From the NCBI GenBank assembly GCA_963666425.2, contig OY762825.2, positions 160,001 to 224,000 on the forward strand: 64,000 nt of DNA, written 5' to 3'. Of this stretch, positions 22,116-34,058 are shown one piece after another (position 1 is the first letter of the stretch; the number at the start of each line of letters is the position of its first letter). The DNA is from Bacillota bacterium. Lineage in GTDB: Bacteria > Bacillota > JAAYKD01. A program made the position numbers and the translations under genes. Below the pieces are notes generated by a model. The model saw nothing but the letters and a program-made list of their open reading frames with translations. It ran no database searches and had not been told where the DNA came from.

Positions 22116-22255
22116 ATTTCATTGACAGACCTAAGAGAAACCGTATTCCGCAGCAGCTCCGTTCTGAACGTGAGACTGCCCAGTGAGGATGCGGTTTTTT
22201 CTTCTCCCGCACTAAGAGCAGCTGAGTCAAGATTTGTGCAGAGAAAAGATAATGA

Positions 22256-22284
22256 TTGTCATTCGCCGCAAATATTGTTATAAT
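22256..22284 (+). promoter_or_regulatory. SigA-type promoter of tgt (extended -10)
   Basis: TTGTCA-17 bp-TATAAT with TG at -15/-14. Confidence 0.7.
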
Positions 22285-22327
22285 TATCGGTATAGTAAAA
22301 ATGAAGAATTGAAGCATTGAGGTTTAA

Positions 22328-23455
<1,128 letters not shown>

Positions 23456-23463
23456 GTGCGGCC

Positions 23464-25749
23464 ATGAAGAAAAACAATTTTTGGCGGGTTAAGTCTTTTC
23501 CAGTGGCAGAGGATGCGCTTATAGCAGAAAAATTGGGCATCAGCGCGGCTTATTCCGCTTTGCTGCGTTCGCGCGGCTATCGTGATGCAGCCGCCATGCA
23601 GACTTTTTTACATCCAGAGGATGAACAAATGCCGGATCCGTTTACTTTTCGGCAGATGCACCAGCTGGTTGAACGCTTATTGCAAGCGAAAGAGCTGCAA
23701 GAGCCCATCACAATTTACGGGGATTATGATGCAGATGGAGTCTCAGCGACTGCGGTGATGCTGCGCGGTCTGCAGGCTCTGGGCTTTACGAAACTGGATT
23801 CTTACATTCCCAGCCGTTTTGATGAAGGATATGGTTTGAATGCCGACGTGATTACGGAAATTGCCGCGCGCGGCAGCCGGGTTTTGCTGACTGTGGATTG
23901 CGGCATTTCTGCGGTTAGCGAAGCGGAGCTGCTGCAGCGTCTTGGTATTGATCTGCTGCTGACCGATCATCATCAGCCAGGCGATGTCTTACCTGCTGCT
24001 TACGCCATCATCAATCCGCATCTGAAAGAAGAAACCTATCCCTTCCGTCAATTGGCGGGGGTCGGCGTGGCTTTTGAAGTCATTCGCGCTTTGAGCCTGA
24101 CCTTACATCGGCCGGATCTTTTGGCCGCTTTGTTGCCCTATGTGGCAATCGGCACGATTGGCGATGTGGTGGCGTTAAAGGGAGTCAACCGCACTCTGGT
24201 TTACCGCGGTATTAACCAGATCAATCTCGGCAAATCTCCCGGTTTGAGCGCGTTAGCACAAATTGCCGGGATTGGCAGAATTACCTGCGCCTCTCAGATT
24301 GCTTTTCATCTCGTACCGAGGCTGAATGCCAGCGGACGCATGGGCAGAGCGGATACCGCTCTTTCTGCCTTACTCTCTGAGAGAGCAGAGTCTGACAATT
24401 GGGCAGCGAAATTAGAACGACTGAATCAGGACCGCAAGCGGATTGAACTGACCGTTCAAACAGAAGCACATGCTCAATATGCAGCTTTAAGTGAAGCGGA
24501 GAAACATGCTGATGCTTTTCTGTTCTATCAGGCAGACTGGCACAGCGGTGTTTTGGGGATTGTAGCAGCCCGGATGACGGACGAACTGCATGTTCCCGTC
24601 TTCATCTGCTGTCAGGACGGCAACAATATCAAAGGTTCGGGCAGAGCGCCACGCGGCTATGACTTGTATCAAATGTTGGATAGAATTTCGAATCTCTTGC
24701 TGCGCTTTGGCGGACATGCGCAAGCTGCCGGTATAACCTTTGCAGCGGAGCATATCTTGGAAGTGAAAACAGCTTTCTGCGCAGCTGCGAGCCGCGGTCA
24801 TCGTTTGGATTACGATGAGAATACCCTGGCTGCGGATATCGAACTGAATCCGGAAATTGATTTGGTGGAACAACAAACCTTATGGCGCAGTCTGGAACCT
24901 TGCGGTTGTGAAAACGAGGAACCGTTGGTTTTACTGCGCGGGGCAGAGGTTACCCAGGCCAAAACGATTTCACAGGGATTGCATATCAATGTCACGCTGC
25001 AGTATGGTACGCGGCGTTATAATTGTTTCGCTTGGCGCGTCGGTGAGAGGATTGCGGAATTCAGCGGCATTTTGGACGTCATGGTCCGGCTGCAAATCAG
25101 CAATTTTCATGGCAGCGAGAGCTTTCGCCTGGAATTGATCGATTGGCGGCCTTCCCGTCTGGAGGCCGGACCTCTCCTGCAAACACTGCGGCAATTGCCG
25201 CCGGACAGCAATTTCTTTTATACCGAGCCCAATTCAAGAGAAATTCTGGCGGAATCCGGTCTTATCAGCGCATTTCTGCCTCACACCGCTGTCACAGCAA
25301 CATTTCCCTATTTGCCTCTGACGCAGCAAATCGCTGCATCGGAGACCAGAACAATTTGCTTATTGGATCCCCTTTATGAGCTGCAGCTGCCGCAGCCCAA
25401 CCAACGGTTATTCGATGATTTTCAATTACAGCAATGGCGGCAATTGCTGCATTGGCTGCTGCCGGACCGTAAACATTTGAGTGAGTGTTATCGCTGGCTG
25501 CGCGAAGGCGGTTCTATTTTCGATGATGATGATTTAATCAATCGACATCCAGGCAACCTCAGCGGCTTTTATGCCCGTATTTGTGCAAAAAATGCACTGC
25601 ATATTTTTTTGCAGGCGTATTTAGCGACGGTCAGCAATAAAGATTATGATTTTCCCAAGCAAAATGGCAATAAAACAGATTTAGATCAACTGCCGGCCTT
25701 TCAAAAAGTGCAAGGATTGCGTCAGCAACTGCTGCAGCTATATATTTAA
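23464..25749 (+). CDS. recJ: Single-stranded-DNA exonuclease RecJ
   Basis: YGDYDADG, TVDCG, TDHH, PRLNASGRM, GGHAQAAG. Confidence 0.93.
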   Translation: MKKNNFWRVKSFPVAEDALIAEKLGISAAYSALLRSRGYRDAAAMQTFLHPEDEQMPDPFTFRQMHQLVERLLQAKELQEPITIYGDYDADGVSATAVMLRGLQALGFTKLDSYIPSRFDEGYGLNADVITEIAARGSRVLLTVDCGISAVSEAELLQRLGIDLLLTDHHQPGDVLPAAYAIINPHLKEETYPFRQLAGVGVAFEVIRALSLTLHRPDLLAALLPYVAIGTIGDVVALKGVNRTLVYRGINQINLGKSPGLSALAQIAGIGRITCASQIAFHLVPRLNASGRMGRADTALSALLSERAESDNWAAKLERLNQDRKRIELTVQTEAHAQYAALSEAEKHADAFLFYQADWHSGVLGIVAARMTDELHVPVFICCQDGNNIKGSGRAPRGYDLYQMLDRISNLLLRFGGHAQAAGITFAAEHILEVKTAFCAAASRGHRLDYDENTLAADIELNPEIDLVEQQTLWRSLEPCGCENEEPLVLLRGAEVTQAKTISQGLHINVTLQYGTRRYNCFAWRVGERIAEFSGILDVMVRLQISNFHGSESFRLELIDWRPSRLEAGPLLQTLRQLPPDSNFFYTEPNSREILAESGLISAFLPHTAVTATFPYLPLTQQIAASETRTICLLDPLYELQLPQPNQRLFDDFQLQQWRQLLHWLLPDRKHLSECYRWLREGGSIFDDDDLINRHPGNLSGFYARICAKNALHIFLQAYLATVSNKDYDFPKQNGNKTDLDQLPAFQKVQGLRQQLLQLYI

Positions 25750-25791
25750 TTTTTAAACAAGGGATTTACGATGGAAAGTGGGGTGATCGCG

Positions 25792-27993
25792 ATGATAACC
25801 TGGCAGGAATTGAAAACCGCTTTGTCAACTTATCTTCAGCCGGAGCAGATTCGCTGGATCGAAGAAGCTTATCTGACGGCTGAAAAGGCGCATGCCGGGC
25901 AAAAACGCATCTCTGGCGAACCGTATATCATCCATCCCTTGTCAGTTGCTTTTATTCTGGCGGAAAGTAAATTGGATCCGGTTTCCATCGCCGCTGCCTT
26001 GCTGCACGATACCGTGGAAGATACAGAGCTTTCCCTTGTCGATTTACAGGAAAAGTTCGGTACAGAAATCGCTCAAATCGTCGACGGTGTCACCAAATTG
26101 GATAAATTGGATTTCAGCAATCTTCTTGAACATCAAACAGAAAGCTATCGCAAACTTTTTTTGGCGATGGCGAAAGACATGCGTGTCATCCTGATTAAAC
26201 TGGCTGACCGCTTGCATAACATGCGCACCTTAAAAGTCAGAACCCTGGCAAAACAGCAAAGTATTGCCAAGGAAACGATGGATATTTATGCCCCCTTGGC
26301 AGGCCGACTCGGTATCAACTCAATCAAATGGGAATTGGAAGATCTGTCTTTCCGTTATTTAAAACCGGAGATGTACTATCAGACCGCAGAATTTGTTTCC
26401 AAAAAGCGCGAACAGCGGGAGGCAGAAGTAGAGCATGCCGTTGCGCTTTTACGGGAATGTCTCGCTGCCGAAGGACTGCAAGGCGAAGTCAGCGGGCGGC
26501 CAAAGCATCTTTACAGTATTTATCGTAAAATGGAAGAGAAGCAGTTGGACTTTTCCGAGATTTTTGATGTCTTGGCGATTCGTGTTCTAGTCAACACCGT
26601 ACGGGAATGTTATGATGTCTTGGGTTTAGTCCATGCCGAATGGCGTCCGATTCCTGGACGCTTCAAAGATTATATCGCTATGCCCAAAAGCAATAATTAT
26701 CAGTCTCTGCATACAACGGTTGCGCTGGAAGCCTCCGAACCTTTGGAGATTCAAATCCGCACCTATGAGATGCATGAAATCGCCGAATATGGTGTGGCGG
26801 CTCATTGGATCTATAAAGAAAAAGAGAAACCGAAAAGAACAGATGATTTTGAAAAAATGAAATGGCTGCATCAATTGGTTGATTTACAAAATCAACCCTC
26901 GGAAGCGGCAGAATATCTGCAGCAACTGCAGAAGAATTTTTTAATCGACGAAGTATTCGTCTTCACCCCCAAAGGAGATCTGTTTGAAATGCCGGCCGAT
27001 GCCACGCCGGTGGATTTTGCTTACCGCGTGCATACGAATATCGGTCATCATTGCGTAGGAGCCAAAATCAACGGCCGTATGGTGCAGCTGAACACAACCT
27101 TGGAGAACGGCGATGTCGTGGAAATCATTACTTCCAAACAAAGCGTCGGTCCCAGTCGGGACTGGTTGAATTTCATCAAAACCGCTTCAGCGCGCTCCCG
27201 TATCCGCCAATGGTTTAAGCATTTGGACAAAGACGAAAGTATTCTCAAGGGTTCGGAATTACTGGAGCGCGAATTTCACAAAGAACTGAAGAAAACCGAT
27301 ATGCCACAGGTAGAGAGTTGGAAATCGCTGCCCTTTGCGCTAATTTTGGAAGAATTCAATTATCCCAATCTGGAAGATTTGCTGGCTGCTATCGGTTATA
27401 CCGATGTCTCACCGCAGGTTGTCGTACATCGTCTGCTGGAAGAAATGCGTAAGCGTCTGCCGGAAAAACCGCTGCCCAATACCAAGGAATTGCTCGACAG
27501 TGTGATGATCGACAGCCGCAAAAAAGATTCCGCCGGAATCATTATTGACGATATCGATAATATCGCAGTTAAATTGGCACGTTGCTGCAACCCAATTCCG
27601 GGTGATCCCATTGTCGGTTACGTGACCAGAGGCCGCGGTGTTTCCATTCATCACAGAGACTGTGCCAATTTGGAAGCGTTAAAAGGGGAAGGCAGACTCC
27701 TGCCGGCCAAATGGGGAACGAAGAATTTGGGGCCGTTCGTTGTGCCTTTGACGGTGACAGCGTTGGATCATGACGGTTTACTGCAGCAGCTTTTAATCGC
27801 TTTATCGGAAGTGAAAGCATCTCTGCTGCAAGTGAAAGCGCGCTCCAATAAGAGCGGTCTGGCTGTGGTCGATCTCTATGTTGAAGTGCGGGATATTGAG
27901 CAGATGAATATCATTCATGATCGATTGTCAAAAGTCCCCGATGTCTACCATGTGGAACATTTGACTCATAAAAAAGAGAATAAAGGAGATTAA
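25792..27993 (+). CDS. relA: Bifunctional (p)ppGpp synthetase/hydrolase Rel
   Basis: HD hydrolase (LHDTVED), [26 protein letters not shown], zinc finger and ACT domains; GGGGTG RBS (alternative start 25771). Confidence 0.95.
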   Translation: MITWQELKTALSTYLQPEQIRWIEEAYLTAEKAHAGQKRISGEPYIIHPLSVAFILAESKLDPVSIAAALLHDTVEDTELSLVDLQEKFGTEIAQIVDGVTKLDKLDFSNLLEHQTESYRKLFLAMAKDMRVILIKLADRLHNMRTLKVRTLAKQQSIAKETMDIYAPLAGRLGINSIKWELEDLSFRYLKPEMYYQTAEFVSKKREQREAEVEHAVALLRECLAAEGLQGEVSGRPKHLYSIYRKMEEKQLDFSEIFDVLAIRVLVNTVRECYDVLGLVHAEWRPIPGRFKDYIAMPKSNNYQSLHTTVALEASEPLEIQIRTYEMHEIAEYGVAAHWIYKEKEKPKRTDDFEKMKWLHQLVDLQNQPSEAAEYLQQLQKNFLIDEVFVFTPKGDLFEMPADATPVDFAYRVHTNIGHHCVGAKINGRMVQLNTTLENGDVVEIITSKQSVGPSRDWLNFIKTASARSRIRQWFKHLDKDESILKGSELLEREFHKELKKTDMPQVESWKSLPFALILEEFNYPNLEDLLAAIGYTDVSPQVVVHRLLEEMRKRLPEKPLPNTKELLDSVMIDSRKKDSAGIIIDDIDNIAVKLARCCNPIPGDPIVGYVTRGRGVSIHHRDCANLEALKGEGRLLPAKWGTKNLGPFVVPLTVTALDHDGLLQQLLIALSEVKASLLQVKARSNKSGLAVVDLYVEVRDIEQMNIIHDRLSKVPDVYHVEHLTHKKENKGD

Positions 27994-27997
27994 AGCC

Positions 27998-28441
27998 ATG
28001 CGGGCAGTTGTTCAACGGGTTAGTCAAGCCAGTGTGCAAGTGGAAGACAGTAAAATTGCTGAAATCGGACCGGGATTGCTGGTTCTATTGGGCGTCGGCA
28101 AAGAAGACGACAGCGCCGACTGCCGCTATTTAGCGGAGAAAATCGTTCATCTGCGCATTTTTGAAGATGAACAGGAGAAAATGAACCGCTCTCTCAAGGA
28201 AATCGGCGGACAATTGCTCTTGGTCTCTCAATTTACGCTCTTTGGTGATACCAAAAAAGGCCGCCGGCCGGGATTCAGCGATGCAGCACCGCCGGAGCAG
28301 GCCGATCTGCTTTATCTCGAGACAGCGGCGTGCATGCGTGCCGAAGGAATTGAAGTGCAAACCGGTCGTTTTCAGGCGCATATGCAGGTGACTTTATGCA
28401 ATGACGGTCCGGTTACCTTGCTGATCGACAGTAAAAAATAA
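27998..28441 (+). CDS. dtd: D-aminoacyl-tRNA deacylase
   Basis: [19 protein letters not shown]. Confidence 0.96.
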   Translation: MRAVVQRVSQASVQVEDSKIAEIGPGLLVLLGVGKEDDSADCRYLAEKIVHLRIFEDEQEKMNRSLKEIGGQLLLVSQFTLFGDTKKGRRPGFSDAAPPEQADLLYLETAACMRAEGIEVQTGRFQAHMQVTLCNDGPVTLLIDSKK

Positions 28442-28448
28442 AGTTGAG

Positions 28449-29093
28449 GTGGGAAACGTGAATATCAAACGCTTTCGGGTCGGGTCGCTTGCATCTAATG
28501 CCTATCTGGTTTCCAATCAGCAGAAGCAGGCTTTTCTGGTGGATGCCGGCGGTGGTGCTCAAGAAATCTTAGCAGAAATCAGCTCAAAACAGCTGTCTCT
28601 GCTATATCTGATCAATACCCATGGACATTACGATCATATCGCGGATGATGCCGCCATTGTGGCAGCGACCGGCGCAAGACTGCTGATCCACCAGGCAGAC
28701 CTGCCTGCTCTGCAGGATACGGAGCTGAATCTGGCTGGCTACTTAGCTTCTCGTTTTACGCCTGTGCTGCACGGCGAAGCTTTGACAGGGGGAGACCGCA
28801 TTCCCTTTGGTGAAGCAGAGATCCAGGTGCTGCATACACCCGGCCACACGCCCGGCGGCATTTGTCTTTTGCTTGGCGAAGACGTTTTTACCGGCGATAC
28901 ACTGTTTGCCGGTTCGATTGGACGCAGTGATCTGATTGGCGGAGATTCTGCTGCTCTGATGGCTTCCCTCAAAAATGTGTTGAGTGTGCTGCCGGATCAG
29001 GTTGTTGTCCATCCCGGGCACAATCGGGAGACTACAATCGGAGAGGAAAAGGCGACAAATCCATGGCTGAAAATGGCGATGTCTGTCAACTGA
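28449..29093 (+). CDS. MBL-fold metallo-hydrolase (glyoxalase II-like)
   Basis: THGHYDH, TPGHTPGG, FTGDTLF, PGH; conserved position after dtd. Confidence 0.9.
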   Translation: MGNVNIKRFRVGSLASNAYLVSNQQKQAFLVDAGGGAQEILAEISSKQLSLLYLINTHGHYDHIADDAAIVAATGARLLIHQADLPALQDTELNLAGYLASRFTPVLHGEALTGGDRIPFGEAEIQVLHTPGHTPGGICLLLGEDVFTGDTLFAGSIGRSDLIGGDSAALMASLKNVLSVLPDQVVVHPGHNRETTIGEEKATNPWLKMAMSVN

Positions 29094-30280
29094 AACCTTG
29101 GGGGAAACTGAACGGGGTGCGTCCGGGTAAGATCGTGCATAAATTATGGCAGCAAGGTAAAACGGATGCAGAAATTTTACGATATCTGCAGGAAAACGAT
29201 CAGGTCAGCCTGGCCAAAAGCCTGCTGCTGCTGCGTGTCTGCCAGGAGGAAAGGCTCGCTTTTACGCCTGATTTGCCCGTAGAAAAGAAAATCGGTATTT
29301 ATCTGGGTATTCCGTTCTGTCCCAGCCGCTGTGTCTATTGCTCTTTTGCCTCGCATCCGATCAGCAAGGTGCAAGCCCTGGTGCAGCCATTTTGTGATCA
29401 GCTCCTGCGGGAGGTGGAAGCGACGGTCAGCGCTTTTCCGGAAATGTGTCAACTCACGGACCAAATTTACATTGGCGGCGGGACACCCGCTTGTCTTAGC
29501 GGTGAGCAGGTGGAAACGTTGCTGGACAGTCTGCAAAGAAATTTCCCTCGTGCAACGGAAATCACTTTTGAAGGCGGCAGACCGGAGTTGATGACCGAAG
29601 CGCTGCTGCAGCGCTTGCAGGGACGCGTTAATCGAATCTGTATCAATCCGCAGTCGCTGCAAACCAAGACACTGCAGCGCATTGGCCGTTTTCATACGGT
29701 GCGTCAAGTGGAGCAGGCGCTGAATACGGCGCGCCGCTTAGGCTTTCCCTGGATCAATATGGATTTGATTGCCGGTTTACCGGCGGAAAGTGCAGCGGAA
29801 TTTGACGATACCCTGCAGAAAATTATGCAGTGGCGGCCTGAAAATGTCACCATTCACGCTTTAGCCTTAAAACGTGCCTCCCGTCTGCATCAGGATCAAG
29901 CCATGCTGCGGCAATTGGATCATCAGGTTACGGCCAGAATGATTGAAGACTCGCAAAGTCTGCTTGCCAAGCACGGTTATTTGGCGTATTATTTATACCG
30001 ACAGCGGGATATTATGGCCGGGGCGGAGAATATCGGTTATACGCTGCCGGGTTTTGCTTCCCATTATAATATCCTGATGATTGCGGAACGCATGAATATC
30101 ATCGGATTTGGTGTGGGTGCCGCCTCCAAATTTCTTCTGCAGCAAGCCGGTGTGAGTAAACCCTATCGTGTCGCCAATCCCAAGGATGTTTATATTTATT
30201 TACAGCGCGGGGAAGAGAATGCCGTCAAGAAATTCGCTTTCCTGGAAAAAATACTGAGAGGTGATCAGCATGATGATTAA
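29063..30280 (+). CDS. hemZ: HemZ-like radical SAM protein
   Basis: PWG.L.GVRP.K, IPFCPSRCVYCSF, YIGGGTP, YYLYRQ, EN.GY. Confidence 0.82.
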   Translation: MAENGDVCQLKPWGKLNGVRPGKIVHKLWQQGKTDAEILRYLQENDQVSLAKSLLLLRVCQEERLAFTPDLPVEKKIGIYLGIPFCPSRCVYCSFASHPISKVQALVQPFCDQLLREVEATVSAFPEMCQLTDQIYIGGGTPACLSGEQVETLLDSLQRNFPRATEITFEGGRPELMTEALLQRLQGRVNRICINPQSLQTKTLQRIGRFHTVRQVEQALNTARRLGFPWINMDLIAGLPAESAAEFDDTLQKIMQWRPENVTIHALALKRASRLHQDQAMLRQLDHQVTARMIEDSQSLLAKHGYLAYYLYRQRDIMAGAENIGYTLPGFASHYNILMIAERMNIIGFGVGAASKFLLQQAGVSKPYRVANPKDVYIYLQRGEENAVKKFAFLEKILRGDQHDD

Positions 30281-31538
30281 TGCTCCACGCGGAACCATGG
30301 ATATTCTGCCGAAAGACAGTCGGGTTTGGCGTTATGTGGAAGGCGTTTTTGCCGATGTTTGTGACGCGTTTGGTTATGGTGAACTGCGTCTGCCAATTTT
30401 TGAACACAGTGAGCTCTATTTACGCGGGGTTGGTGAGACCACCGATATCGTCCAAAAAGAGATGTACACTTTTAGTGACCGCGGCTTACGCTCTGTCACT
30501 CTGCGTCCGGAAGGAACCGCCGGGGTGGTGCGCGCTTTCTTGGAGAATAAACTGCAGAATGAACCGCTGCCGGCCAAGCTCTATTACAACGGACCGATGT
30601 TCCGTTACGAACGGCCGGAAGCAGGCCGTTTTCGGCAATTCAGTCAATTAGGCATCGAAGCCATCGGCAGTCATGACCCGGCCATGGATGCGGAAATTAT
30701 CGCGCTGACCATGGAATTTTACCGCCGCCTGGGAATTGAGAAAGCCGATCTCTTAATCAACAGCGTCGGTTGTGCCAAATGCCGGCCGATTCATCGTCAG
30801 GCTTTGATCGACAGTGTCAGCAGCCGGCGGCAGGAACTCTGTCCCGACTGTCAAAGCCGCCTGGAGAAGAATCCGCTGCGGTTGTTCGACTGTAAGAATG
30901 AACACTGCCAGGAGATTTTGGCCGCTGCCCCCAGAATTACCGATTATTTGTGTGATGACTGCAGGCAGCATTTAGCGACGCTGCAAGCATATCTGCAGGC
31001 TTATGGGCTCGCGTATCGCATCGATCCCAATCTGGTGCGGGGTTTGGACTACTATACCCGAACCGTCTTTGAAGTCTATTATCCGGACAGAAGCGTACTC
31101 AGTTCGGCCATCGGAGCCGGCGGGCGTTATAACGGCTTGGTAGAAGAATTGGGTGGCAGTGATTTGCCGGGTGTGGGTGTTGCTTTGGGCGTCGATCGGG
31201 CGATCATGGTCTTACAGGCTGCCAAAACAAATCCTGTTCTCCAACCGCCTCTGCAGGTATTTTTTGCCGCGATCGGCCAGGAAGCGCATTTGCTCGCCAC
31301 CGGACTGATTGCCGAACTACGAAAGAATGGCATTTATTGCGATCAGGATTATCTCAACCGTGGCTTAAAAGCGCAGATGAAATATGCCGACAAGCTCGGT
31401 GCCCAAAACGTGGCCATCCTCGGGGAAGAGGAATTGAAGCGAGATATCCTGGTTTTGCGTGATATGGCGACGAAAGAGCAGACAGAAATGACCAAGGCAG
31501 CGCTGCTGACCCGTTTCCTAACGCAGCCAAAAAAATAG
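30270..31538 (+). CDS. hisS: Histidine--tRNA ligase
   Basis: APRGT.D, KEMYTF.DRG, LRPEGTA, FRYERP, LVRGLDYY, GGRY. Confidence 0.97.
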   Translation: MMINAPRGTMDILPKDSRVWRYVEGVFADVCDAFGYGELRLPIFEHSELYLRGVGETTDIVQKEMYTFSDRGLRSVTLRPEGTAGVVRAFLENKLQNEPLPAKLYYNGPMFRYERPEAGRFRQFSQLGIEAIGSHDPAMDAEIIALTMEFYRRLGIEKADLLINSVGCAKCRPIHRQALIDSVSSRRQELCPDCQSRLEKNPLRLFDCKNEHCQEILAAAPRITDYLCDDCRQHLATLQAYLQAYGLAYRIDPNLVRGLDYYTRTVFEVYYPDRSVLSSAIGAGGRYNGLVEELGGSDLPGVGVALGVDRAIMVLQAAKTNPVLQPPLQVFFAAIGQEAHLLATGLIAELRKNGIYCDQDYLNRGLKAQMKYADKLGAQNVAILGEEELKRDILVLRDMATKEQTEMTKAALLTRFLTQPKK

Positions 31539-31541
31539 CAC

Positions 31542-31570
31542 TTGCTTCACTCCGCGCTCTATGATACAAT
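31542..31570 (+). promoter_or_regulatory. SigA promoter of 6S RNA
   Basis: TTGCTT-17 bp-TACAAT with extended TG. Confidence 0.75.
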
Positions 31571-31576
31571 TAAATT

Positions 31577-31752
31577 AGTTCCTGCGGTGTTCGATCGGAT
31601 GATTCGTTTTGAGCCAACATCAAAACATAGGAGTTCTATATTTGCTCTAAGTCATGATACTCTTTTCCAAGAGGACTCAGCTTTTGGCGTGCGAACACCA
31701 CCCTGCCGTCAAAGCAGGTTCAAATAGTCATCCAAAACGGCATTGTGGGAAT
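31577..31752 (+). ncRNA. ssrS: 6S RNA
   Basis: About 175 nt rod: 5' TTCCTGCGGTGTT pairs with 3' GGCATTGTGGGAA, GGATGATT/AGTCATCC, TTTGAGCC/GGTTCAAA around a central bubble; own promoter and terminator; typical position downstream of hisS. Confidence 0.85.
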
Positions 31753-31754
31753 AG

Positions 31755-31778
31755 AAAACGGCGTAACAGCCGTTTTTT
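31755..31778 (+). terminator. Intrinsic terminator of 6S RNA
   Basis: AAAACGGC-GTAACA-GCCGTTTTTT. Confidence 0.8.
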
Positions 31779-31855
31779 ATTATCCCATTTTATAAAGGAA
31801 TATCTGATTCGAGAGTCGAAATAATGTTTTATAAAATGAGTCGGGAGGTAATTTC

Positions 31856-32890
31856 ATGAAGGTGCTTGATTTCCGTAGTGATACGATCACCAAACCCAGT
31901 CTGGCGATGCGGGCTGTCATGGCTGCCGCTGATGTGGGTGACGACGTCTATGGGGAAGACCCTACCATCAACAAATTGGAAGAACTGGCTGCTGAGATGA
32001 CCGGTTTTGAAGCCGCACTTTTTGCCACCAGCGGTACTCAGGGTAATTTATTGGCTTTGCTGAGTCATTGCCGTTCCGGCGATGAAGTCATTCTGGAAGA
32101 AGACAGTCATATTTTCGTCAATGAAGTCGGCGGCATGGCCGCTTTGGGCGGCATTCAGGCTAAAACACTGCGCGGCCCGCTTTCTGCTCAGGGGGCTCTT
32201 GATCCGGCGGCTGTGGAAGCGGCTATCCGGGCGGAAAATATCCATTATCCCGTGACGACTTTAGTCTGTTTGGAAAATACCCATAACAAAGGCGGCGGTG
32301 CCGCTTCTACTCCGGCTCAGATGCAGGCAGTGGCCAAGGTTGCCCATGCGCACGGCATGCAGATTCATCTGGATGGCGCGCGCGCCTTCAATGCGGCTGT
32401 GGCGCAGCAGCTCACGATCAAAACTCTTTTAGAGGGTTTGGATTCTGCCCAGCTCTGTTTGTCCAAAGGCTTAGGCGCTCCGGTCGGATCCGTCTTGGTG
32501 GGAGAACGTGATTTCATCAAACGTGCCAGAAAATGGCGCAAAATGATCGGCGGCGGTATGCGTCAGGCCGGCGTGATTGCTGCGGCCGGTTTATTTGCTT
32601 TGCAGAACAATATCCCGCAGCTGAGCGAAGATCACGCCAATGCCGCTTTGCTTGCCGATGCACTGGATCAAGTCAAGGGTCTGCAGGTAGTCAGACCGGA
32701 TATCATGACGAACTTAGTCGTGGTGAATACGGAAGCTTCCGGTAAAAAGGGTACGGAATGGGTAGCGATGATGGCCGAAAAGGGCATAAAAATCGGCGCC
32801 AACGGCCCCTTTAGCATCCGTTTTGCGACGCATTTGGATTTATCCCAGGCGGATATCAAAGAAGCCATCGAGCGAATCCATACTATTTAA
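31856..32890 (+). CDS. ltaE: Low-specificity L-threonine aldolase
   Basis: DFRSDT, GDDVYGEDP, SGTQGN, ENTHN, HLDGAR, CLSKGLGAPVGS. Confidence 0.93.
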   Translation: MKVLDFRSDTITKPSLAMRAVMAAADVGDDVYGEDPTINKLEELAAEMTGFEAALFATSGTQGNLLALLSHCRSGDEVILEEDSHIFVNEVGGMAALGGIQAKTLRGPLSAQGALDPAAVEAAIRAENIHYPVTTLVCLENTHNKGGGAASTPAQMQAVAKVAHAHGMQIHLDGARAFNAAVAQQLTIKTLLEGLDSAQLCLSKGLGAPVGSVLVGERDFIKRARKWRKMIGGGMRQAGVIAAAGLFALQNNIPQLSEDHANAALLADALDQVKGLQVVRPDIMTNLVVVNTEASGKKGTEWVAMMAEKGIKIGANGPFSIRFATHLDLSQADIKEAIERIHTI

Positions 32891-32907
32891 TAGGAGGAAT
32901 TGAGGAT

Positions 32908-34056
32908 ATGCTGGCATTTATCAATGCAGAGATCTGGACAGCAGCGAACGGTAAGCTTAAAAACGCTAAAATTCTGCTGCAGGATGGTAAAATTAGCGCG
33001 ATTGGTCAGGATATTGCCATTCCGGCGGCAGCAAAAGTGATTGACGCAGAGGGAAAGATCATCACACCCGGTTTGATTGACACGCACAGCCATGTTGGCG
33101 TGATGGAAGAATCGATCGGCTGGGCCGGTGACGATGTCAACGAGTGTACCGATCCCAATACGGCGCAGGTCAGAGCTTTGGACGGAATCAATCCTTATGA
33201 TCAGGGTTTTGAAGATTGTCTGGCCGGCGGTGTCACGACGGTACAGGTGGGACCCGGTTCCGGCAATGTGATCGGCGGTGAAATGGTTGTCCTAAAGACA
33301 GCCGGCAGCGTAGTGGATCAGATGGTGATTAAGCAATTATCCGGTATGAAGGCCGCCTTGGGTGAGAATCCCAAGAATGTCTATGGCAGTCAAAAAAAGA
33401 TGCCTTCTACCCGCATGGGATCCGCTGCGGTGCTGCGCACGGCCTTGCTGGACGCCAAGAATTATTTGTTGAAAAAAGAAGCCGGTAAAGAGCAGGCTTT
33501 TGACATGCGCAAGGAAAATCTGGGCAAAGTTTTGACGCGTGAAATTCCTTTGCGCATCCACGCGCATCGAGCCGACGATATTATGACCGCGCTGCGCATT
33601 GCCGAGGAATTCCAGATTGAAATTTCCTTGGAACACTGCACAGAGGGAGATAAAGTGGCGGAATTGATTGCCGCCAAGGGGATTTATGCCGCAGTTGGTC
33701 CGACCATGAGCGCAAAATCCAAAGTCGAGTTAAAGGATCTGGGTTATCATACCCCTGTGGCATTGGCCAAAGCCGGCGTAGCTTTTTCCATCATTTCGGA
33801 TCACCCGATTATTCCGGAAAAATATCTGCATATTTCCGCAGGGCTCGCCATTCGCGAAGGTTTGGATGAAGAAATTGCCTTCCAAGCCATCACCGAAATT
33901 CCGGCGAAAATGTTGGGTCTGTTTGATCGGATCGGTTCTCTGGAGGTCGGCAAAGATGCCGATTTGGTTGTCTGGAGCGAAGATCCCTTTGAGCTGATGG
34001 CGCAGGTTTGCTATACCGTGATTAACGGAACGATCGTCTGGCAGGGAGGGAAATAA
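32908..34056 (+). CDS. Metal-dependent amidohydrolase (paralog 1)
   Basis: PGLIDTHSH, PGSGNVIGG, KAALGENPK, HAHRADD, EH, SDHP, GSLEVGKDAD. Confidence 0.9.
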   Translation: MLAFINAEIWTAANGKLKNAKILLQDGKISAIGQDIAIPAAAKVIDAEGKIITPGLIDTHSHVGVMEESIGWAGDDVNECTDPNTAQVRALDGINPYDQGFEDCLAGGVTTVQVGPGSGNVIGGEMVVLKTAGSVVDQMVIKQLSGMKAALGENPKNVYGSQKKMPSTRMGSAAVLRTALLDAKNYLLKKEAGKEQAFDMRKENLGKVLTREIPLRIHAHRADDIMTALRIAEEFQIEISLEHCTEGDKVAELIAAKGIYAAVGPTMSAKSKVELKDLGYHTPVALAKAGVAFSIISDHPIIPEKYLHISAGLAIREGLDEEIAFQAITEIPAKMLGLFDRIGSLEVGKDADLVVWSEDPFELMAQVCYTVINGTIVWQGGK

Positions 34057-34058
34057 AG

